Below are positions 10,571 through 19,681 of a stretch of DNA of 32,000 bases, in pieces. The stretch is from assembly GCF_002243425.1 (NCBI RefSeq), contig NZ_CP021172.1, positions 180,001 to 212,000 on the forward strand, given 5' to 3'. The position numbers were made by a program, and so were the translations under genes. Origin of the DNA: Candidatus Saccharimonadota bacterium. Its GTDB lineage: Bacteria > Bacteroidota > Bacteroidia > Flavobacteriales > Blattabacteriaceae. Every line of letters starts with the position of its first letter. Positions within the stretch are counted from its first letter, which is position 1. A model generated the notes under the pieces. The model saw nothing but the letters and a program-made list of their open reading frames with translations. It was not told the DNA's origin and did no database searches.

Positions 10571-10980
10571 TGTTACAACCTAAAAAAACTAAATATGATA
10601 AACAACATAAAGGTCGTATAAAAGGTAATGCTACAAGAGGAACAAAATTATGTTTTGGAAAATATGGTATCAAATCATTAGATCCAGGATGGATTACAGA
10701 TAGACAAATAGAGTCTGCTAGGGTTGCTGCAACACGTTATCTTAAAAGACAAGGTAAATTATGGTTAAATATATTTCCTGATAAACCTGTAACTAAAAAA
10801 CCTCAAGAAGTTCGTATGGGTAAAGGTAAAGGTGGAAGAGATCATTGGGTCTCAGTAGTAAAACCAGGAAGAGTATTAATTGAAGTAGATGGTGTTGATT
10901 TCTTTATGGGTAAAGAAGCGCTTAGATTAGCTTCTCAAAAATTACCAGTAAGAACAAAATTTATAATTAAAAATGCGTAA
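10570..10980 (+). CDS. rplP: 50S ribosomal protein L16
   Basis: [85 protein letters not shown]. Canonical L16. Confidence 0.97.
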   Translation: MLQPKKTKYDKQHKGRIKGNATRGTKLCFGKYGIKSLDPGWITDRQIESARVAATRYLKRQGKLWLNIFPDKPVTKKPQEVRMGKGKGGRDHWVSVVKPGRVLIEVDGVDFFMGKEALRLASQKLPVRTKFIIKNA

Positions 10981-11227
10981 ATATAAAAAAAAAAAATATA
11001 AAATAGGAATTGTTATTAGCAATAAGATGAAAAAAACAATAATTATATCTGAAACAAAGAGAATAAAACATCCTTATTATAAAAAAGTAATTTTTAAAAA
11101 AAAAAAATATTATGTTCATGATGAATATAATATTTCAAATGAAGGTGATTTAGTAAAAATTATTGAGACTAGACCTTTAAGTAAGCAAAAATTTTGGAGA
11201 TTATTAAAAATTGTAAAAAAAAAATAA
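10973..11227 (+). CDS. rpsQ: 30S ribosomal protein S17
   Basis: [72 protein letters not shown]. Canonical S17. Its start overlaps the rplP stop by 8 nt. Confidence 0.94.
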   Translation: MRKYKKKKYKIGIVISNKMKKTIIISETKRIKHPYYKKVIFKKKKYYVHDEYNISNEGDLVKIIETRPLSKQKFWRLLKIVKKK

Positions 11228-11236
11228 TAAATTCTT

Positions 11237-11605
11237 ATGTTACAACAAGAATCAAGAATTAGAGTAGCAGATAATTCTGGAGCTAAAGAAGTTTTATTAA
11301 TAAGAGTTTTGGGAGGTACAAGAAAAAAATATGCCTATATAGGAGACACAATAATAGTTTCTATAAAAGAAGCAATAGCAGGATCTAGTGTAAAAAAGGG
11401 ACAATTATATAAAGCAGTTGTCGTAAGAACAAAAAAAAAAATAAGACGTAAAGATGGATCTTATATTAGATTTGATGATAATGCATGTGTATTATTAACT
11501 AATACAGGAGAAATGAAAGGAACCCGGATTTTTGGACCAGTTTCTAGAGAATTAAGAGATAAAGAATATACTAAAATTGTATCATTAGCTACAGAAGTAT
11601 TATGA
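11237..11605 (+). CDS. rplN: 50S ribosomal protein L14
   Basis: [27 protein letters not shown]...[12 protein letters not shown]...[36 protein letters not shown]. Canonical L14. Confidence 0.97.
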   Translation: MLQQESRIRVADNSGAKEVLLIRVLGGTRKKYAYIGDTIIVSIKEAIAGSSVKKGQLYKAVVVRTKKKIRRKDGSYIRFDDNACVLLTNTGEMKGTRIFGPVSRELRDKEYTKIVSLATEVL

Positions 11606-11620
11606 ATAATGTGGTAAGGA

Positions 11621-11639
11621 ATAGGAATGGAATTCCTAT
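11621..11639 (+). other. Perfect 8-bp inverted repeat (hairpin) in the rplN-rplE spacer
   Basis: ATAGGAAT (11621..11628), GGA, ATTCCTAT (11632..11639). Relatively G/C-containing for this genome. The right arm overlaps an in-frame ATG at 11638. Confidence 0.6.
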
Positions 11640-11673
11640 GAAAAATATTATTAAAATTAAAACTAAAGTAACA

Positions 11674-12234
11674 ATGAATTATTGTCCAAGACCTAAATCT
11701 TTATATAAGAAAAAAATAATTAATAAATTAATAGAAAAATTTAATTATAAAAGTGTTATGCAAGTTCCTAAGCTTAAAAAAATAGTAATTAATCAAGGAA
11801 TTAATGTATTAATTTCTGATAATAAAACTATAAATAATGCTATAAATAATATTACTGCAATAACTGGTCAAAAAGCGATTTATTGTTTATCAAAACGTGA
11901 TGAATCTGGTTTTAAATTAAGAAAAGGAACACCTATCAGTATTAAAGTAACTTTAAGAAGAGATATTATGTATGAATTTTTAGATAGGTTAATTAACATA
12001 GCTTTACCTAGAGTTCGAGATTTTGTAGGAGTAAATAAAAATAGTTTTGATGGAGAAGGAAACTATAATTTAGGTATTTCTGAGCAAATTATATTTCCAG
12101 AAATAAATACTGATTCTCTCAAAAATCATTTTGGTATGAATATAACATTTGTTACTTCATCTAAGAAGAATAAAGAAGCTAAATATTTATTATATTTATT
12201 TGGGTTACCTTTTAAAACAAAAAAAAATGTCTAA
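11674..12234 (+). CDS. rplE: 50S ribosomal protein L5
   Basis: The family N-terminus starts at the ATG at 11674 ([44 protein letters not shown]). In-frame upstream ATGs at 11602 and 11638 add 24 or 12 non-homologous residues, so the start is uncertain. Confidence 0.9.
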   Translation: MNYCPRPKSLYKKKIINKLIEKFNYKSVMQVPKLKKIVINQGINVLISDNKTINNAINNITAITGQKAIYCLSKRDESGFKLRKGTPISIKVTLRRDIMYEFLDRLINIALPRVRDFVGVNKNSFDGEGNYNLGISEQIIFPEINTDSLKNHFGMNITFVTSSKKNKEAKYLLYLFGLPFKTKKNV

Positions 12235-12496
12235 AGAATCTATAAAAGCAAGACAAAAAAAGCGTCAAATAATGGTGTTAAAATATGCAAAAAAACGTAA
12301 TATTCTAAAATTAAATAGAGATTATGAAGGGTTACAAAAATTACCAAGAAATTCATCTCCGATACGTCTGCATAATTTATGTTCTTTAACTGGAAGAACA
12401 AAAGGATATATGAGAAAATTTGGTATATCACGTATTGAATTTAGACGGTTAGCATCTCAAGGTTTTATACCAGGTATTGTTAAAGCAAGTTGGTAA
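12227..12496 (+). CDS. rpsN: 30S ribosomal protein S14 (long, non-zinc form)
   Basis: Start at the ATG at 12227 ([24 protein letters not shown]...[51 protein letters not shown]). The ORF-track extension to 12149 lies inside rplE. Confidence 0.93.
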   Translation: MSKESIKARQKKRQIMVLKYAKKRNILKLNRDYEGLQKLPRNSSPIRLHNLCSLTGRTKGYMRKFGISRIEFRRLASQGFIPGIVKASW

Positions 12497-12498
12497 TT

Positions 12499-12900
12499 AT
12501 GATTACAGATCCAATAGCTGATTGTTTAACTAGAATTAGAAACGGATATTTATCAAATCTTCTGATAATAGAAATTCCATATTCAAAAATAAAAAAAAAC
12601 ATAATTAAAATATTATATAATCAAGGTTTTATATCAAGTTATAAAATAGAAAAAATTAATAACTATAAATTACTTATAAAAGTAGCTTTAAAATATAATA
12701 AATATACAGGTACATCTGTAATAAAATGTATTAAAAGAATTAGTAAACCGAGTTTAAGAAAATATTGTAATTATACAAATATACCTCGTGTTCTTAATGG
12801 ATTAGGAATTGCAATTATATCTACTCCTAAAGGTCTGATGACTGATAAAATAGCACGTAAAAAAAAAATTGGAGGAGAAATAATATGTTATATTTATTAA
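12499..12900 (+). CDS. rpsH: 30S ribosomal protein S8
   Basis: [17 protein letters not shown]...ISKPSLRKY...[39 protein letters not shown]. The ORF-track start at 12490 is a TTG; the ATG at 12499 fits the family start. Confidence 0.94.
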   Translation: MITDPIADCLTRIRNGYLSNLLIIEIPYSKIKKNIIKILYNQGFISSYKIEKINNYKLLIKVALKYNKYTGTSVIKCIKRISKPSLRKYCNYTNIPRVLNGLGIAIISTPKGLMTDKIARKKKIGGEIICYIY

Positions 12901-12914
12901 AATAAAAATAAACT

Positions 12915-13472
12915 ATGTCTAGAATTGGTAATATTCCAGTATTAATACCTAATAATGTTTTTGTTAAAAAACAAGATAATATAATTTATATAAATGGACC
13001 TTTAGGTAAATTAAATAAAAAAATTATAGGTGATATTAATATTATTATAAATAATAATAATATTATTGTTAAAAGAAAACATAACGATAAAAAAAATCGG
13101 GCTTTACATGGATTATATCGTATGTTGATATATAATATGATAAAAGGTGTATATAATGGATTTAAAAAAAAATTAGAATTAATAGGGGTTGGATTTAGAG
13201 CAAATATTAATAAGAATAATAGCCAAATTTTATATTTAAATATAGGATATTCTCATAATATAATTATAAAATTACCTAAATCTATTACTTTAGAAGTAAA
13301 AATGGAAAAAAATAAAAATACTCAGATTATTTTAAAATCTTATGATAAACAATTATTAGGGATAGTTGCGGCAAAAATAAGATCTTTAAGAAAACCTGAT
13401 CCCTATAAAGGAAAAGGAATTCGTTATATAAATGAATATGTTATTAAAAAAACAGGTAAATCTGCTAAATAA
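12915..13472 (+). CDS. rplF: 50S ribosomal protein L6
   Basis: MSRIGNIPVLIPNNV...HGLYRMLIYNMIKGVYNGFKKKLELIGVGFRA...RSLRKPDPYKGKGIRY. L6 pattern. Confidence 0.93.
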   Translation: MSRIGNIPVLIPNNVFVKKQDNIIYINGPLGKLNKKIIGDINIIINNNNIIVKRKHNDKKNRALHGLYRMLIYNMIKGVYNGFKKKLELIGVGFRANINKNNSQILYLNIGYSHNIIIKLPKSITLEVKMEKNKNTQIILKSYDKQLLGIVAAKIRSLRKPDPYKGKGIRYINEYVIKKTGKSAK

Positions 13473-13478
13473 ATTATT

Positions 13479-13829
13479 ATGATATTAAAAAAAAAATCTT
13501 TAATTAGAAAAAAAATCTTTGGTTTTTTAGAAAAACCAAGAGTTTCAATATTTAGAAGTAATAAACATATATATGCTCAAGTAATAGATGATTATAAAGG
13601 TAATACTTTAATTTCTGCATCATCAAAAAAACTTTTAAAGTTTTATAAAAACAGAAGAGAAAAAAAAATAACAAAAAAAGAATTATCTTATAAGATAGGA
13701 AACCTATTAGGTAATCTAATTAAATCTTATGGAATAACTAAAATTATATTTGATAGAAATGGATATATATATCATGGAAGAGTAAAAGCTTTAGCCAAAG
13801 GCTTAAGAAATGTAGGATTACAATTTTAA
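13479..13829 (+). CDS. rplR: 50S ribosomal protein L18
   Basis: KPRVSIFRSNKHIYAQVIDDYKGNTLISASS...IIFDRNGYIYHGRVKALAKGLRNVGLQF. L18 pattern. Confidence 0.93.
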   Translation: MILKKKSLIRKKIFGFLEKPRVSIFRSNKHIYAQVIDDYKGNTLISASSKKLLKFYKNRREKKITKKELSYKIGNLLGNLIKSYGITKIIFDRNGYIYHGRVKALAKGLRNVGLQF

Positions 13830-13835
13830 ATTTTT

Positions 13836-14351
13836 ATGACCGTTTTAAAAAAAAATGAAAAAAGAAAACTAGAACTAAAAGAAAAATTAGTTATGGTAAA
13901 TAGAGTTTGTAAAGTTACTAAAGGTAGAAGATATTTTAGTTTTACTGCTTTAGTAATAGCAGGAGATGAAAATGGAGTTGTAGGTTATGGTTTTGGAAAA
14001 GCAAAAGAAGCACAAGATGCAATATATAAGGCAGGTGAAAAAGCTAAAAAGAAATTATTAAAAATAAATATTATTAAAGGAGGTACAATACCTCATGAAC
14101 AAGAAGCCAAATATTGTGGAGCACGTGTATTTATTTGTCCTGCTTCAAAAGGAACTGGAATAATTGCTGGTGGTGCTGTAAGATCAGTTTTAGAAGCGGT
14201 TGGATTAACAAATGTGTTATCTAAATCAAAAGGATCTTCTAATAAAATTAATTGTATAAAAGCCACAATATTAGCTTTATCTAAACTTAGAACAGTAAAT
14301 ACTATAGCTCTAGAAAGAGGAATATCTATAAGTAAAATACTAAACGGATAA
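13836..14351 (+). CDS. rpsE: 30S ribosomal protein S5
   Basis: [59 protein letters not shown]...[30 protein letters not shown]. Canonical S5. Confidence 0.96.
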   Translation: MTVLKKNEKRKLELKEKLVMVNRVCKVTKGRRYFSFTALVIAGDENGVVGYGFGKAKEAQDAIYKAGEKAKKKLLKINIIKGGTIPHEQEAKYCGARVFICPASKGTGIIAGGAVRSVLEAVGLTNVLSKSKGSSNKINCIKATILALSKLRTVNTIALERGISISKILNG

Positions 14352-14387
14352 TAATTATTAAAAAACACTTTTATTAGCTTTAGGATA

Positions 14388-14816
14388 ATGATATTAAATT
14401 ATTTAAACAATAAATATGTATCTGTAAAAACAAAAAAAAGATTAGGTAGAGGTAAAGGGTCTGGAAAAGGTGGAACGTGTACTAAAGGACATAAAGGAGC
14501 AAAATCTCGTTCAGGAAATTCTAAAAAAATAGGTTTTGAAGGAGGTCAAATGCCATTACAAAGAAGAATTCCAAAATTTGGATTCAAAAGAAAAAAAAAA
14601 AAAGATTATATCTTAAATCTAGATACAATCCAAGATTTAAGAAATCTTGGTAAGATAAAAAAAAAACTAAATAGAGATATTTTATTTAAAAACCAAAAAC
14701 TAAAAATCTTAGGAAGAGGAAAATTAACATATAAAATAAATATAACTGCTAATAAATTTAGCAAAAAAGCATATGAATGTATTAAAAATAATTGTGGTAA
14801 TATAATCATTTTATGA
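14388..14816 (+). CDS. rplO: 50S ribosomal protein L15
   Basis: [52 protein letters not shown]15 N-terminal signature. Operon slot before secY. Confidence 0.93.
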   Translation: MILNYLNNKYVSVKTKKRLGRGKGSGKGGTCTKGHKGAKSRSGNSKKIGFEGGQMPLQRRIPKFGFKRKKKKDYILNLDTIQDLRNLGKIKKKLNRDILFKNQKLKILGRGKLTYKINITANKFSKKAYECIKNNCGNIIIL

Positions 14817-16108
14817 ATCATAATCTTATAATAAATTTATTTAATAAAATAGATTTTATATCAAAAATATATTATACCTTATTTATTATAATAATATATC
14901 GTTTGGGATCTTTTATACCTATTCCTTTTATAAATAATAATTTTTTTAAACTAAATCCTAGTTATAAAGGAATAATTCATTTTTTAACTCCAGGAGGTAA
15001 TACGATTTTATCTTTAGGAATTATGCCTTATATATCAGCCTCAATATTAACACAATTAATGTGTTATATGTTTCCGTATTTATATAAAATACAACAAGAT
15101 GGTGAAATAGGAATAAAAAAAATAAATAATATTACTAAAGTATTAACGATATTAATATCATTAATACAAGCTCCTGTGTATATTACACTACTTATTAGTA
15201 ATAAGATTAAAGAAAATCCTGAATTTTATAATTTAATACATTGTAAAAAAATATTGATGATTACATCAATAATCTGTATAACTACAGGTACATTTTTTAC
15301 AATGTGGTTAGGAGAAAAAATTAATGAAAAAGGAATAGGTAATGGTAACTCATTAATACTAATGAGTGGAATATTATCTCGTTTGATATATTCTATAATA
15401 TCTGAAATTTTCAATCGTATAAAAAATAATAATAAATTATTAGGTATAATCATATTATTGTTTGAATTATTTATTTGGTTATTAATTATTGGTATTTCTA
15501 TAATCATAATTAATTATGTAAAAAAAATACATATACAATATATAAATAAATTTGATTTAAATAATTATTCTTCTAATATAGAAGAAATCTATCTAAGAAA
15601 TGAGATTAAATTTATTACTTTAAAAGTAGTTTATCCAGGAGTTATGCCTATAATCTTTTCACAAGGGATATTATTAATAACAATTTTTAATAAAATAAAT
15701 AACCTTCAATATATTAATAATATATATGGTATATGGTATAATATATTATATAGTATATTAATAATAATTATTACGTTTTTTTATACATTTTTATCTATTC
15801 CTGTTAATAAAATTTCATATGATTTAAAGATCAATGGAGTATATATTCCAAATAGAAAACCAGGTAAAGATACTTGTTTTTTTTTAAAAAAAATTGTATC
15901 ACAAATATATTTTCCGGGATCATTATTATTAGTAATAATAGCTTTATTACCGTCAATATTTCTATCATTGGGGGGGGATAAAAATTTGTATTTATTTTTT
16001 GGAGGGACTACAATAATAATTATAGTAGGAGGATTATTAGATATAAAATATACTATAAATAGTTATCTATTAAAATATAAAAATAATGGCAAAAGAACAA
16101 CATATTGA
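14813..16108 (+). CDS. secY: Preprotein translocase subunit SecY
   Basis: 431-aa polytopic membrane protein in the secY slot. [18 protein letters not shown] and [27 protein letters not shown] are SecY signatures. Confidence 0.93.
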   Translation: MNHNLIINLFNKIDFISKIYYTLFIIIIYRLGSFIPIPFINNNFFKLNPSYKGIIHFLTPGGNTILSLGIMPYISASILTQLMCYMFPYLYKIQQDGEIGIKKINNITKVLTILISLIQAPVYITLLISNKIKENPEFYNLIHCKKILMITSIICITTGTFFTMWLGEKINEKGIGNGNSLILMSGILSRLIYSIISEIFNRIKNNNKLLGIIILLFELFIWLLIIGISIIIINYVKKIHIQYINKFDLNNYSSNIEEIYLRNEIKFITLKVVYPGVMPIIFSQGILLITIFNKINNLQYINNIYGIWYNILYSILIIIITFFYTFLSIPVNKISYDLKINGVYIPNRKPGKDTCFFLKKIVSQIYFPGSLLLVIIALLPSIFLSLGGDKNLYLFFGGTTIIIIVGGLLDIKYTINSYLLKYKNNGKRTTY

Positions 16109-16301
16109 AGTAGATGGAATAGTAATCAATGCATTACCTAATGCAATGTTTAAAGTAGAATTAGAAAATAAATGTATTGTTACCTGTAATATTACCGGTA
16201 AGATTAGAATGAATTATATTAAAATTTTACAAGGTGATAAAGTTCGTTTACAAATGTCTTCTTACGATTTAAGTAAAGCTAGAATAATATATAGATATTA
16301 A
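16086..16301 (+). CDS. infA: Translation initiation factor IF-1
   Basis: [71 protein letters not shown]. Canonical IF-1. Overlaps the secY 3' end by 23 nt. Confidence 0.97.
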   Translation: MAKEQHIEVDGIVINALPNAMFKVELENKCIVTCNITGKIRMNYIKILQGDKVRLQMSSYDLSKARIIYRY

Positions 16302-16302
16302 T

Positions 16303-16419
16303 ATGAAAAAGGTAACGTCTTTAAAAAAGAGAAGTGACAATTGTAAAATTGTTAAACGTAAAGGTTGTTTAAGAATTATTAATAAATTAAATCCTAAATT
16401 TAAACAAAAACAAGGTTAA
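16303..16419 (+). CDS. rpmJ: 50S ribosomal protein L36
   Basis: Too short for the ORF track. The ATG at 16303 gives [38 protein letters not shown] (38 aa, stop 16417..16419). L36 pattern (MKV..S.K......C..V.R.G......NPK.KQ.QG) in the conserved infA-rpmJ-rpsM slot. Confidence 0.9.
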   Translation: MKKVTSLKKRSDNCKIVKRKGCLRIINKLNPKFKQKQG

Positions 16420-16790
16420 TGGCTATAGTTTCAGGTATAGAAATTCCAAATAATAAAATAGGACTAATAGCTCTTACTTATATATTTGGAATAGGTATTA
16501 GTACATCTAAAAGAATCTTTAAAGATACAGGTATTGATGAAAATCTAAAAGTTAGAAACTGGTCAGATGAAGATATAAATAAAATAAGAAAATATATATC
16601 TTCTAATATAAGAATAGAAGGAGAATTAAGGTTTGAAATACAATTAGATATAAAAAGAATGATCGAAATAGGATGTTATAGAGGAATACGTCATAGAATA
16701 GGATTACCTGTAAGGGGTCAAAAAACTAAAAATAATTGTAGAACAAGAAAAGGAAAAAAGAAAACAGTTGCAAATAAAAAAAACAAATAA
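16419..16790 (+). CDS. rpsM: 30S ribosomal protein S13
   Basis: [34 protein letters not shown]...[35 protein letters not shown]. Canonical S13. Confidence 0.96.
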   Translation: MAIVSGIEIPNNKIGLIALTYIFGIGISTSKRIFKDTGIDENLKVRNWSDEDINKIRKYISSNIRIEGELRFEIQLDIKRMIEIGCYRGIRHRIGLPVRGQKTKNNCRTRKGKKKTVANKKNK

Positions 16791-17162
16791 ATGGAAAAAA
16801 CTTTTAGAAAAAAAAAATATTATCTAGGAGAAGCTCATATTAAATCAACATATAATAATATTATAATAACATTAACAAATAAAAAAGGAGATGTTATTGC
16901 ATGGTCTTCAGCAGGTAAAATGGGATTTAAAGGTTCTAAAAAAAATACGCCATATGCAGCTCAAATAACTGCAGAAGATGTGGCTGAAAAAGTATTAAAT
17001 GCTGGAATAAAAAAATTAGAGGTAATAGTAAAGGGTCCGGGTTCAGGAAGAGATGCTGCTATTCGTGCATTAGTAAATCAAAATTTAATTTTATTAGTAA
17101 TAAAAGATATGACCCCTATTCCCCATAATGGATGTAGACCTCCTAAAAAAAGAAGAATTTAA
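16791..17162 (+). CDS. rpsK: 30S ribosomal protein S11
   Basis: [53 protein letters not shown]...[14 protein letters not shown]...[19 protein letters not shown]. Canonical S11. Confidence 0.96.
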   Translation: MEKTFRKKKYYLGEAHIKSTYNNIIITLTNKKGDVIAWSSAGKMGFKGSKKNTPYAAQITAEDVAEKVLNAGIKKLEVIVKGPGSGRDAAIRALVNQNLILLVIKDMTPIPHNGCRPPKKRRI

Positions 17163-17204
17163 ATTCTTAATATAAAAATTATTAAAATAATAATTATTAA
17201 AATA

Positions 17205-17789
17205 ATGGCAAGATATATAGGACCAAAAACTAAAATTTCCCGTAAATTTGGAGAATTAATATATGGAAAGACTAATAAAAGTTTTGAAAAAAAAAAAAAT
17301 ACACCTGGTAAACATGCTAATAGTAGAAATATAAAAAAAACATTTTATTCAACTCAATTGTTGGAAAAACAAAAAATTAAATATACTTATGGTATATTAG
17401 AAAGACAATTTCTAAAAATGTTTTATAAAGCTTCAAAAAAAAAAGGAATTAAAGGTGAGATACTTTTACAATTATGTGAATCTAGGTTAGATAATATTGT
17501 TTATAGATTAAACCTCTCACATTCTAGACCTGAAGCAAGACAATTAGTATCACATCGTCATATTACTGTGAATGGTAAAATTGTAAATATACCTTCTTTT
17601 AATTTAAAACCAGGAGATAAAATTTCTTTAAAAGAAAAACATAAAGCAAATAAATTATTAGGCTTAGGCTCAGACTGGTTAAGTTGGGATAATGAGAAAA
17701 TGATAGGTATCTTTAAATATATTCCAAAAAGAAAACAAATTACTGATAATATTAATGAAAAATTAATAGTTGAATTATATTCTAAATAA
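17205..17789 (+). CDS. rpsD: 30S ribosomal protein S4
   Basis: MARYIGPKTKISRKFGE...YSTQLLEKQKIKYTYGILERQF...LESRLDNIVYRLNLSHSRPEARQLVSHRHITVNGKIVNIPSFNLKPGD. S4 N-terminal and S4 RNA-binding domains. Confidence 0.96.
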   Translation: MARYIGPKTKISRKFGELIYGKTNKSFEKKKNTPGKHANSRNIKKTFYSTQLLEKQKIKYTYGILERQFLKMFYKASKKKGIKGEILLQLCESRLDNIVYRLNLSHSRPEARQLVSHRHITVNGKIVNIPSFNLKPGDKISLKEKHKANKLLGLGSDWLSWDNEKMIGIFKYIPKRKQITDNINEKLIVELYSK

Positions 17790-17812
17790 TATAGTTAAAA
17801 ATTTAATATAAA

Positions 17813-18526
17813 ATGTTTTTTTTAAAATTTAAACAATCAAAAAATTTAAGAGTATTAAAATTAACTCCTGAAGAAGGATTATTTAAAATCGAACCGTTAT
17901 TTCCTGGATGGGGAGTAACAATTGGAAATACTTTTAGAAGAGTGCTTTTATCTTCTTTAGAAGGATATGCAATATCGTCAGTTAAAATTGAAGGAGTAAA
18001 TAATGAATTTTCTACGATAAGAGGGGTAATAGAAGATATGACAGAAATTATTTTAAATCTGAAAAAAGTACGTTTTAAAAAAAACAAAAAAAAAGAAAAT
18101 TTTGAATCAGAAGTATTTCATATGATAATATCTAATGATAAAGAAGAAATAACTGCTGGTGATTTAGGAAAATATATTAATAAATTTGATATATTAAATC
18201 CTGATTTAATCATTTTAAATAAACAAAAATTAATATCTTTAGATATAACTATTGTAATAAAAAAAGGTATAGGTTATGTACCTTCAGAAGAAAATAAAGA
18301 AAATTTGATAGGATCAATTCCAATGGATTCTATATTTACTCCTATAAAGAATGTAAAATATAAAATAGATAACTGTAGTATAAATAAAAATTCAAACTAT
18401 GAAAGTTTGTTATTAGAAATAAAAACTGATGGGTCTCTAAATCCTAGAGATGCATTAACCAATGCCTCTAATATATTAATACAACATTTAAAAATGTTTA
18501 GATATGAGACACGGAAAAAAAAATAA
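17813..18526 (+). CDS. rpoA: DNA-directed RNA polymerase subunit alpha, N-terminal (assembly) domain only (237 aa)
   Basis: EPLFPGWGVTIGNTFRRVLLSSLEGYAISSVKIEGVNNEFSTIRGVIEDMTEIILNLKKVRFK is the alpha-NTD signature. The ORF stops at 18526, and rplQ starts at 18504. No alpha-CTD sequence is present. Confidence 0.9.
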   Translation: MFFLKFKQSKNLRVLKLTPEEGLFKIEPLFPGWGVTIGNTFRRVLLSSLEGYAISSVKIEGVNNEFSTIRGVIEDMTEIILNLKKVRFKKNKKKENFESEVFHMIISNDKEEITAGDLGKYINKFDILNPDLIILNKQKLISLDITIVIKKGIGYVPSEENKENLIGSIPMDSIFTPIKNVKYKIDNCSINKNSNYESLLLEIKTDGSLNPRDALTNASNILIQHLKMFRYETRKKK

Positions 18527-18905
18527 TCATTTAGGAGTAAAGAGTTCTCATCGTAAATCAATGTTATCGAATATGGCTTTTTCTCTTCTAAAGAATAAGA
18601 GAATTATGACTACTTTAGCAAAAGCTAAAGCATTAAGAAATTATATTGAGCCTTTACTCACGAAAAGTAAAAAAAATACAATTCATTATAGACGTATAAT
18701 TTATAAAAATTTTAATAATACTGTTTTAGAACTTTTAGAAAAAATATCATCAAAAATATATAATCGTACTGGAGGTTATACAAGAATTATCAAAACTGGA
18801 TTTCGTGTAGGTGATTCTTCAGAAACTGCAATAATTGAATTAGTTGATTATAATAATCATTATTATAAAAATTATGCAGCAGGTAGTTTTAAAATACCTT
18901 TATAA
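18504..18905 (+). CDS. rplQ: 50S ribosomal protein L17
   Basis: MRHGKKNNHLGVKSSHRKSMLSNMAFSLLKNKRIMTTLAKAKALRNYIEPLLTKSK...GGYTRIIKTGFRVGDSSETAIIELV. Canonical L17. Confidence 0.95.
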   Translation: MRHGKKNNHLGVKSSHRKSMLSNMAFSLLKNKRIMTTLAKAKALRNYIEPLLTKSKKNTIHYRRIIYKNFNNTVLELLEKISSKIYNRTGGYTRIIKTGFRVGDSSETAIIELVDYNNHYYKNYAAGSFKIPL

Positions 18906-19657
18906 ACAAAGTTAACCTCCCCCTTTAAGAAAATTTCTTTATAAGATTTAAGTAGTTTTTCAAACTTAACTTGTAAAGTTCCTCCTAAGGTTTGGACTAT
19001 AATTTTATTATATAATAATTTTTTAATATTATAAGCTGCAATTGCAGAAGCAGTTACTCCAGTCCCACAGGAGTAAGTTTCATTTTCAACCCCACGTTCA
19101 TAAGTTCTAACATTTAAAATGTTTTTTTTTACTTTAACAAAATTAACATTTACTCCTTTTTTTATATATTTTTGATTAAATCGTATTTTGATACCTTTAT
19201 TATATACATTTAGATAATTTTTCTTATCTATAAATAGAATATGATGAGGAGATCCTGTATTTATATATATATGTTTTTTATATACTTCCACAAGTTCAAT
19301 ATTTTTCAGATTTAATGACACAATATTTTTTGTTATTGATGCATAATGAGAACCATCTATTGTTTTAAATAATGTATTAGTATTATTTATAATACCTATT
19401 TTTTTTGCAAAATGTACAGAACATCTTCCTCCATTTCCACACATAGTTCCTTCTTTTCCATCAGAATTATAGTATTTCATATAAAAATCATATTTTTTAA
19501 TTTTCTCAATTAAAATTAGACCATCAGCCCCAATTCCCAAATTTCTATTACACATGTTTTTAATTATTTTTTCACTTAAAAGAAATAATTTTTCAGTATT
19601 ATTAATTATAATAAAATCATTTCCTGTTGCTTTATATTTAAAAAATATAATTTTCAT
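18872..19657 (-). CDS. dapF: Diaminopimelate epimerase
   Basis: Probable start at the ATG at 19657 (MKIIFFKYKATGNDFIIINN). Both catalytic-Cys contexts are present (YNSDGKEGTMCGNGGRC and ETYSCGTGVTASA). The ORF-track extension to 19696 overlaps the rsmH start. Confidence 0.92.
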   Translation of the reverse strand: MKIIFFKYKATGNDFIIINNTEKLFLLSEKIIKNMCNRNLGIGADGLILIEKIKKYDFYMKYYNSDGKEGTMCGNGGRCSVHFAKKIGIINNTNTLFKTIDGSHYASITKNIVSLNLKNIELVEVYKKHIYINTGSPHHILFIDKKNYLNVYNKGIKIRFNQKYIKKGVNVNFVKVKKNILNVRTYERGVENETYSCGTGVTASAIAAYNIKKLLYNKIIVQTLGGTLQVKFEKLLKSYKEIFLKGEVNFVYKGILKLPAA

Positions 19658-19681
19658 ATTTTTTTTATTTAAAAAATATAA

